A stretch of DNA of 64,000 nt from an uncultured Acidimicrobiales bacterium (GTDB lineage: Bacteria; Actinomycetota; Acidimicrobiia; Acidimicrobiales; DATKAS01), in contig CAWKBM010000007.1 of assembly GCA_963847855.1 (NCBI GenBank), positions 85,079-149,078 on the forward strand. Direction: 5' to 3'. Below the pieces are notes generated by a model that saw nothing but the letters and a program-made list of their open reading frames with translations, searched no databases and was not told the origin of the DNA. The position numbers and the translations under genes were made by a program. The stretch's first letter is position 1. Every line of letters begins with the position of its first letter. This document shows positions 57,286-64,000 of this stretch, piece after piece.

Positions 57286-59907
57286 GTGAGCGAGGTGAGG
57301 CATGGTGTGCAGATGGCCGTCGCATCCGGCGAGGAGGAGCTCGATGCCGCCGATGGCCTGACGACGGCGGAGGCCGCCGACTGCCTTCGTCGTGACGGGC
57401 CGAACTCGCTGCCCGTGCCGCGGCGCACGCCGGCATGGCGACGTTTGGCCTCGCAAATGGTGCATTTCTTCGCCCTGCTCTTCTGGGTCGCTGGGGTCCT
57501 CGCGTTCGTGGCGGGCCTGCCGGAGCTCGGTGTGGCGATCTTCTTCGTCGTCTTGTTGAACGGCGTCTTCGCGTTCGTGCAGGAGGAGCGAGCCGAGCAC
57601 GCTGCCGAGCGCCTACGCGACCTGTTGCCTCGACGGGTCACGGTCGTTCGCGATGGGGAGCGGGTCGAGATCTCCGCTGAGGACTTGGTTCGCGGCGACC
57701 TCGTGCTCCTCGCCGAGGGCGACCGGATCTCGGCCGATCTTGCCCTCGAGTCCGTGCACTCACTTGCCGTCGACTCGTCGGCTCTGACCGGCGAGAGCGT
57801 GCCGCATCACCCGGACGCGGGCGAAACGGTCTTCGCCGGCTGCTTCGTCATCGAGGGTGAGGCGCGGTCCAGAGTGGTCGCCACCGGCTCTCACACCCGC
57901 CTCGCCGGCATTGCCGACCTGACGCACGCGCAACAGTTGTCGCCGACGCCGCTTCACCTGGAGCTGACACGCGTGTCGCGTGTGCTCGCGGCGATCGCCA
58001 TCGGCGTAGGGGTCGGGTTCTTCCTCATCTCGTTGCTCGTGGGCACCAAGGCATCGGACGGCTTCCTGTTCGCCGTGGGCGTGACGGTCGCGGTGGTGCC
58101 TGAGGGGCTTCTCCCGACGGTGACGCTCTCGCTCGCCATCGGCGCGCAACGGATGGCGGTGCGCCACGCCCTGGTGCGCCACCTCGAGGCGGTGGAGACA
58201 CTCGGGTCCACGACCTTCATCGCCACGGACAAGACAGGAACGCTCACCCGCAACGAGATGGCGGTCGTCGAGGTCTGGATGCCCTCGGGGACCACGTTTG
58301 TGACGGGCGGGGGGTACACGCCGGACGCACAGGTGGAGTACGCGCCGCAGTCATGCCGCTCGGAGGCGGTGCGGCTCGCCCGCACTGCGGCGCTGTGCTC
58401 GTCGGGCCGAGCGATCGAGCTCGAGGGTTCGTGGGTCGCGCAGGGCGATCCCATGGAGGCAGCGCTGGACGCGTTCGCTCGGCGCGTCGGCCTCGCCATC
58501 GACGAAGACCGGGAACGGGCGATCGAGACCGCGCGGTTTCCGTTCGACGTACGTCGTCGGCTGATGTCCGTGGTGGCCGACGGGACGGTGATGGTCAAGG
58601 GCGCGCCGGATGCACTGTTCCCGCGCTGTTTGGTGCCGCCGCACGCGATGGAGTCGCTGCAGGACATGGCGGGGCGCGGGCTGCGCGTCCTCGCGGTGGC
58701 GGCTCGTGCGGTCGACGGCGTGCCCTCCTCATCTGACGACGCGGAAGCCGATCTGACGCTGCTCGGGCTCGTCGGCCTCGAGGACCCTCCGCGGCCGCAC
58801 GCGGCGGAAGCGCTCGCTGCCTGTCGGCGTGCGGGCATACGAGTCGCGATGATCACGGGGGATCACCCGCTCACGGCCCGAGCGATTGCCGCCGAGGTCG
58901 GGCTCCTGGGCTCCGACGATGTCGTCGTGATCGGCCGGGACCTTCCGTCGGACGAGGCGCAGCTCGGCGCGTTGGTCGATCACGACGGACTCGTCGTCGC
59001 TCGGGTGACGCCCGAGGACAAGCTGCGGATCGCTCGAGCGTTGCGAGCGCGTGGGCATGTGGTTGCAATGACCGGCGATGGCGTCAACGACGCGCCGGCG
59101 CTGCGAGAGGCCGCGATCGGTGTCGCGATGGGGAGGTCGGGCACCGATGTGGCCCGTGAGGCCGCCGATGTCGTGCTGCTGGACGACGACTTCGCCACGA
59201 TCGTTGCTGCGGTCGAGCAGGGCCGGTCGACGTTCGCGAACATTCGTCGCTTCCTCACGTATCACTTGAGCGACAACGTCGCCGAGCTCGCGCCGTTCGT
59301 GGTGTGGGCGCTGTCGGGGGGACGGTTTCCGCTTGCCATCGGTGTGCTTCAGGTCTTGGCGCTCGACATCGGCACGGACATCCTTCCGGCGCTCGGACTG
59401 GGTGCCGAGCGGCCCGCGGGGCACGTCTTGGACAATCCGCCCACGCGTCGGCATCTCCTCGACCGACGGTTGGTGGGCCGAGCCTTCGGCGTGCTCGGAC
59501 CGACGGAGGCACTCGTGTCGCTCACCGCATTCGTGGTCACTTTCGCGGCGGCCGGATGGCGGCCCGGCGACTCGTTCCCCGAGGGGCAGATCCTGCTCGC
59601 CGCCTCCGGGGCCGCGTTCACCGCGATCGTCCTGGGTCAGGCCGCGAACGCGTTCGCCTGCCGCAGCACGGTGCGGCCCGCGTGGCGCATCCCGCTCCGG
59701 GGGAACCCGCTCTTGGTCGGCGGAGTCTTGGCCGAACTGGCGATGTTGGTGGCGTTCCTCTACGTGCCCCCGATCGCGGACCTCCTCGATCAGGCAGGGC
59801 CGACAGTCCCGGGGTTTGCAGTCGCGGTGCTCGCGATCCCGGCGGTTCTCGGTGCCGACGCCGCGCAGAAGGCGATCACTGCTCGCCGTCGCGCTGACCG
59901 CACCTAA
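57286..59907 (+). CDS. P2-type cation-transporting P-type ATPase (CtpF-like)
   Basis: DKTGTLT phosphorylation site, PEGLLPT, TGDGVNDAPAL. Alternative start at ATG 57313. Confidence 0.95.
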   Translation: MSEVRHGVQMAVASGEEELDAADGLTTAEAADCLRRDGPNSLPVPRRTPAWRRLASQMVHFFALLFWVAGVLAFVAGLPELGVAIFFVVLLNGVFAFVQEERAEHAAERLRDLLPRRVTVVRDGERVEISAEDLVRGDLVLLAEGDRISADLALESVHSLAVDSSALTGESVPHHPDAGETVFAGCFVIEGEARSRVVATGSHTRLAGIADLTHAQQLSPTPLHLELTRVSRVLAAIAIGVGVGFFLISLLVGTKASDGFLFAVGVTVAVVPEGLLPTVTLSLAIGAQRMAVRHALVRHLEAVETLGSTTFIATDKTGTLTRNEMAVVEVWMPSGTTFVTGGGYTPDAQVEYAPQSCRSEAVRLARTAALCSSGRAIELEGSWVAQGDPMEAALDAFARRVGLAIDEDRERAIETARFPFDVRRRLMSVVADGTVMVKGAPDALFPRCLVPPHAMESLQDMAGRGLRVLAVAARAVDGVPSSSDDAEADLTLLGLVGLEDPPRPHAAEALAACRRAGIRVAMITGDHPLTARAIAAEVGLLGSDDVVVIGRDLPSDEAQLGALVDHDGLVVARVTPEDKLRIARALRARGHVVAMTGDGVNDAPALREAAIGVAMGRSGTDVAREAADVVLLDDDFATIVAAVEQGRSTFANIRRFLTYHLSDNVAELAPFVVWALSGGRFPLAIGVLQVLALDIGTDILPALGLGAERPAGHVLDNPPTRRHLLDRRLVGRAFGVLGPTEALVSLTAFVVTFAAAGWRPGDSFPEGQILLAASGAAFTAIVLGQAANAFACRSTVRPAWRIPLRGNPLLVGGVLAELAMLVAFLYVPPIADLLDQAGPTVPGFAVAVLAIPAVLGADAAQKAITARRRADRT

Positions 59908-59921
59908 GGGACCTTCGCCTC
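59908..59921. promoter_or_regulatory. DosR-type half-conserved box GGGACCTTCGCCTC
   Basis: Starts immediately after the ATPase stop and lies about 90 nt upstream of the hsp20 ATG. Confidence 0.4.
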
Positions 59922-60010
59922 TTTGGCTCCGGGTCTCGCGGTCTTACCGTGAATGGTGAAGGTCGCTCGATTGGCGGGTGACCCCCGAGACTCGAAGGAG
60001 GTCTGCACAC

Positions 60011-60469
60011 ATGACCAACAAGGGAACTGCAGTTGCAGCTCGACCCGAGGTCGAGGCCCCAGGGCTGTGGGCGTGGTTCGACACCCCTGATCTCGGTCGC
60101 TGGTTCGATGTCCGTCCGTTGTTCGGGCGGCTCGAGCGGATGCGCATCGAGCAGGAGCTCACGGACGACACCCTCATCGTGAGGGCCGAGCTCCCCGGCA
60201 TCGATCCCGCGAAGGACGTGGACATCACGCTCGAAGAGGGTGTGCTGCGCATCAAGGCCAACCGTCAGAGCGAGACGAAGGAAGAGAAGGATGGTTCCTT
60301 CTTCTCCGAGTTCCGCTATGGCTCGTTCGAACGGGCCGTCAGGGTTCCGAAAGACACGAGCATGGACGACGTGAAGGCCAGCTACACCGACGGCATCCTC
60401 GAGGTGACGTGCCCCTACAAGGTGCCCACTGAGATGGCGCCGATGAAGGTCGAGGTCACCCGAGGGTGA
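60011..60469 (+). CDS. Hsp20/alpha-crystallin family protein
   Basis: LIVRAELPGIDPAKDVDITLEEGVLRIKA...GSFERAVRVP...ASYTDGILEV. GAAGGAGG RBS before ATG 60011. Confidence 0.9.
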   Translation: MTNKGTAVAARPEVEAPGLWAWFDTPDLGRWFDVRPLFGRLERMRIEQELTDDTLIVRAELPGIDPAKDVDITLEEGVLRIKANRQSETKEEKDGSFFSEFRYGSFERAVRVPKDTSMDDVKASYTDGILEVTCPYKVPTEMAPMKVEVTRG

Positions 60470-60484
60470 CGTTGGCTCGACGCG

Positions 60485-60517
60485 GACGGGCTCGCTGCCT
60501 CCGGTGGCGAGCCCGTC
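60485..60517. terminator. Hairpin between convergent hsp20 and kinase-like genes
   Basis: Perfect 11-bp stem GACGGGCTCGC/GCGAGCCCGTC with an 11-nt loop. Confidence 0.55.
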
Positions 60518-61992
60518 AGTCGCGTCGTGGGTCGACGAGTGTCCGCACTCGTGCTGCCACGACCGCCCGCGGCGCTCGTGTGTCGATGTTGGCGGCAGTC
60601 GGCCAGTCGTCGAACTCGCTCTTCATCGCCGTCGCGATGCCCACGTCGGCGTCAGACGCGTCCGGCGCCGCGGGCCTCCCGCTCGCGCAGACGGTCGGCC
60701 GCGATGTCGGCGGGGAGGGTGCACCGCACTTCTACGAGCCCCGCCGAAGCCTGGGTCGCGACTGCGGTCGCCGCCGCGCGCCACTTCGAGCGCGAGAAGG
60801 ACGCGTCCAGGATGACGGACTGCCCCTGTTCGAGAAGGAGACGTGCCTCCTCGAGGAGCGCACCGTAGGTCGAGTCGGTCACCAGGCCCGAGTACAGCCC
60901 CTCCTTGTACGCAGCCGCTGCACGAACCTCGGGAGCAAGGCCGGCGCCCTGCTTGCGGAGCTCGTCCGAGCGCAGCACGGGCCAACCAAGCTTGTCTCCG
61001 AGGTTCAGTGCCACCGTGCTCTTGCCAGTGCCGGGCAGCCCACCGACGAGCACCAGCCGGATCTGCCCGGCCCGCAGGTGGCGCAGGCACTGCGCGAGAT
61101 GGGCGCGCGCCTCGTCCAGATCGGTGGAGCTTCCCTTCAAGCACGAGATCTTCGAGCGGACGAGCGCGCGGTAGGCGACGTAGTGGTGCTCGAGGGACGC
61201 GGGGTGGGTCTCGGCGGAGAACTCGCGGTACCAGTCCATGAACGCGCCCGCGAGGTCGGCTCGGCCGAGCCGTTCGAGGTCCATGGCGAGAAAGCCGACG
61301 TCGTACAGCACATCGCCCCAGCGGAGGCGGTCGTCGAACTCGAGGCAGTCGAGGATGCGCGGGCCGTCGTCGAGGCAGAAGATGTCGTCGGCCAGCAGAT
61401 CGCCGTGCCCGTCGAGCACGCAGCCGCTCTGGATGCGCTCCTCGAGCAGCTTGGTGCGGCCGTGCAGATACTGCGCGGCGAGCAGACCGATCTCTTCGAG
61501 CGAGATCTGATCGAGCGGTTCCGGCACGTACGGCTCGAGCTCCTGGAGGTTCTGCTTCCACAGGCCGAGTAGCGAAGCCGGTGTCGCCACCGAGGAGATC
61601 TCGGCGCTCGTCTTGGCCTCGGCGTGTGCGACCGCCATGAGGCGCGCCACCTGCCGGATGCACAGCGCGACATCGGCTCGCGTGCGCACCAACGTCGAGA
61701 GCCTCCGCTCGGGGGGCATGCGCCGCATCCGGACTGCGTGGTCGACAACCGCACCTGCGTCGTCGACCACCTCCTCGACCCCCAGATACACGTCGGGGGA
61801 GAAGCGGCTGTTGAGCTCGACCTCGCGTCTGCAGATCGCCTCGCGCCTTTCGGGCGTGCTCAGGTCGATGAACGCGAAGCGCACGTCCTTCTTCCGCTTG
61901 TGCGCGACGTCACCTTCGAAGGCCACCGTCGAGATGTGGGTCTCGATGACGTCAGGCGGCCCACCTTCGAAGGTCCGAGCGGCGACACGCAT
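60516..61992 (-). CDS. Bifunctional phosphotransferase-like / P-loop (AAA) protein, Rv2004c-like, apparent frameshift near the C-terminus
   Basis: Kinase-like DGHGDLLADDIF and RWGDVLYDVGFL. P-loop LVGGLPGTGKST. The tail DASDADVGIATAMKSEFDDWPTAANIDT...stop (60516-60518) is in another frame from about 60660. Confidence 0.8.
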
Positions 61993-62002
61993 GAAGTCGA
62001 TG

Positions 62003-62203
62003 TCAGCCGTTGTGGGCCGGGAAGTGCTCGACCGTGGCGTCTGCGCCGGGGAAGTAGAGCCCGACATGCCCGTCGTCCGCCCACTCCACGAGGAACGGTG
62101 GTCCGCCATCCTGACCCTGGACCTCGAGGATCCGGGCATCACGATCGGGCTCACCGACCCGATGGCCCTTCACGACGATTCGGTCACCAGTGCTTGCTCT
62201 CAT
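62003..62203 (-). CDS. DUF1918 domain protein
   Basis: GDRIVVKGHRVGEPDRDARILEV...GGPPFLVEWADDGH pattern. Confidence 0.8.
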   Translation of the reverse strand: MRASTGDRIVVKGHRVGEPDRDARILEVQGQDGGPPFLVEWADDGHVGLYFPGADATVEHFPAHNG

Positions 62204-62212
62204 TGCTCCTCC

Positions 62213-62818
62213 TCACCGCATGTCGAACACGAGCCGGGCGCGGGCCTGGCCACCGAGGACTTCGGCCATGGCCGCGTTCACGTCGTCGAGATGTCGGGTC
62301 TCGCGGATCACCTTCGTGTGCCCGTCCGCGTGCAGCTCGAAGGTCTCGGCGAGGTCGACCCGCGTGCCGACGATCGATCCCACCACCGTGATGCCCTTGA
62401 GCACCGTTTGGAAGATCGGCAGGGTCATCGCGTTGTCCGCGGGCAGCGCCACGAGCACGAGCCGTCCGCCGCGTCGGAGCGACCCGAAGGCCTGCTCGAA
62501 GGGCTTCGGCGCGGCTGCGAGCGCGATGGCGGCGTCAGCGCCGCCCAGAGCCTGGATGGCCTCGATCGGGTCCTCCAGCGTCGCGTTCACGGTGTACGAA
62601 GCCCCGAGCTCCTTCGCGAGCTGAAGCTTGTCATCGGTGACGTCGACCGCCACGACGGTCGCGCCGGCGACCTTCGCGTACTGCAGGGCGAGGTGGCCGA
62701 GACCGCCGACGCCGAAGATCGCGACGAGGTCGGAGGGCCGTGCGCCTGAAACCTTGAGTGCCTTGTAAGTCGTGACACCTGCGCAGGTCAGCGGAGCTGC
62801 GTCGAGGGGATCGATCAT
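62213..62818 (-). pseudogene. Zn-dependent alcohol dehydrogenase, C-terminal (Rossmann) half only
   Basis: Begins at IDPLDAAPLTCAGVTTYKALK and continues through VAIFGVGGLGHLALQYAK. The catalytic and structural zinc N-terminal half is absent. Confidence 0.75.
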
Positions 62819-63540
62819 CCCTCGTCGTGCGTCGCCACGCGTAGCGCGCCGCCCGCCTCGAGTCGCCAGCCGACGTCCACGCCCACCACGCCGTGAGCCC
62901 CCGGATCCCTCGTCTCCCGCGCGTCGTCGAAGCGCACCGTGATCAGCACCTCCCATCGGTAGCGGTGCCCGGATCGCGTCCTCTGAACAGCGACGCGCTT
63001 GACGACTCCGCCGGGCGGCAGCGGCCGGTGCATTTGCATGGGCCACGTGATCAGCCGATCCGCGCCGGCGGGTCCGATACGGATCGTCAACAGCATGTGG
63101 TTCGGTCTCGAACCGGAGGGGACGAGCGACACGCGACGATGCGTCCAGCTGTCCGCCGGGAACTTGTCCACCGACTGAACCATCGCGCCGATGCGTCCCG
63201 TCTGTTCCCACGGCTCGGCCCGGATCGGATCGAGACCGGACGCCTTGGCGGCCTGCTCGACAGCAGCCTCGACGAGCCAGTACGTGCCGGCGTCGAGCAG
63301 ACCGCCGCGCGCGCCGCGCGCGGCGCGGATCCGAGCGAGCTTCGCGTCGTAGACGCCCGCCACGACGTGGGCGTGGTCGTCCGGATCCCGCGCTAGCTCC
63401 CGGAGCCGGCGCGACGCGTCGTTGTAGACCCGACGCAGATCCTCCCGATAGAGGTATGCCTGGCCGAGCACCTGGAGCGCCAGCCGCATGTCGGCCGGAT
63501 CCCTCGTACAGCCGTAGCGATAAACACGATCGACGATCAT
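62815..63540 (-). mobile_element. IS200/IS605-family TnpB-like (OrfB) gene fragment, 3'-truncated
   Basis: MIVDRVYRYGCTRDP...RRVYNDASRRL N-terminus, with a RuvC-I-like GVDVGW about 20 codons before the stop. No RuvC-II/III or zinc-finger region follows. Confidence 0.6.
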
Positions 63541-63600
63541 GACTTCACCATGCGAACGATGTTGCCACAAGACCAACGGTCGTGCCATGATGTTCTTCCG

Positions 63601-63762
63601 ATGAAGAGAGTCACCGAAACGAAGGACGATCAGATCCGCATCCGCGTCAGCCGCGCAGACAAACGCCGCCTGGCCCGCGCGGCCAAGGGGGCCGGCCTCG
63701 GCCTCTCCACCTGGCTCCTCGAGCTCGCGTCCGAGAGGCCTCCACCTCCGAAGAAGAACTGA
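63601..63762 (+). CDS. Small ribbon-helix-helix (CopG-like) protein
   Basis: MKRVTETKDDQIRIRVSRADKRRLARAAKGAGLGLSTWLLELA resembles an RHH strand-helix-helix pattern. Confidence 0.5.
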   Translation: MKRVTETKDDQIRIRVSRADKRRLARAAKGAGLGLSTWLLELASERPPPPKKN

Positions 63763-63764
63763 GC

Positions 63765-64000
63765 GTGACCCCCACTCGCATTCGCCTGAACATGATCGTC
63801 AGGACGAGGCCTCCCGCATCGAGCGATGCCTGCGATCCGCGTTCCCCTCCGTGTCTTCCTACGCAATCCTCGTCACGGGGTCCACGGACGACACCGTAGC
63901 CGTCATCGAGCGCTTGGCCGTGGAGCACGGCGTCACCGGGCGGTCGGTCACTTCCCGTTCATCGACTTCTCGCAAGCCCGAAACGCTGCGCTGGATCTTC
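63765..64000 (+). pseudogene. Family 2 glycosyltransferase N-terminus, two frame breaks, runs off the right edge
   Basis: Pieces RIRLNMIV / DEASRIERCLRSAFPSVSSYAILVTGSTDDTVAVIERL...GVTG / VGHFPFIDFSQARNAALD lie in three frames. Confidence 0.55.

Noticed and set aside
1-64000. Search by eye for rRNA, tRNA, CRISPR arrays, integrases or prophage modules
   Set aside because: None was recognised. Intergenic gaps are short and none shows cloverleaf-like or array-like structure. A tRNAscan or Infernal run would be needed to be certain.

Overview
High-GC actinobacterial-type chromosomal segment: third codon positions are overwhelmingly G/C, and F420-, mycothiol- and DinB-type enzyme families are present. 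It carries about 70 protein genes. I recognised no rRNA, tRNA or CRISPR array. All calls rest on reading the six-frame translations for motifs; no homology search was run.

Layout:
- 1-4.5 kb: ABC-F ATPase and a MacB-type ABC exporter operon.
- 4.6-8.2 kb: zinc-ribbon/adenylate cyclase/AAA/TPR giant protein.
- 8-25 kb: mixed housekeeping and accessory genes, including a 1-Cys peroxiredoxin, a FliA/WhiG-type sigma factor with a FlgN-like gene, an orphan Dam-like methylase, and a PD-(D/E)xK nuclease next to DUF429 and a SpoT-like HD hydrolase.
- 26.9-32.3 kb: a LacI-controlled cluster of four PhyH-family dioxygenases plus a DUF2961/GH172 protein, with a shared palindromic operator.
- 32.8-42.8 kb: the most unusual locus. 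It holds a STAND/LuxR regulator, a membrane-anchored Hsp70-type ATPase, a translationally coupled IniA/IniC-like dynamin pair and a 616-aa polyacidic repeat protein, with conspicuous repeat and palindrome sites in both divergent promoters.
- 44.2-45.4 kb: ECF sigma factor coupled to an anti-sigma-like/VOC fusion.
- 48.8-62.2 kb: DosR/DevR-type dormancy island. It contains a tandem USP, four PPOX paralogs with gpsA embedded, flavodoxin, a NarL-type regulator, a GAF kinase, a CtpF-like P-type ATPase, Hsp20, an Rv2004c-like kinase and DUF1918. GGGACCTT-type boxes sit in its intergenic regions.
- 62.2-64 kb: a rearrangement scar, with a 5'-truncated alcohol dehydrogenase abutting a 3'-truncated tnpB, followed by an RHH gene and a degraded GT2 gene.

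Major caveat: at least 16 single-nucleotide frame breaks split otherwise intact genes. Consensus indel errors are the most likely cause, and they affect many gene boundaries given here.
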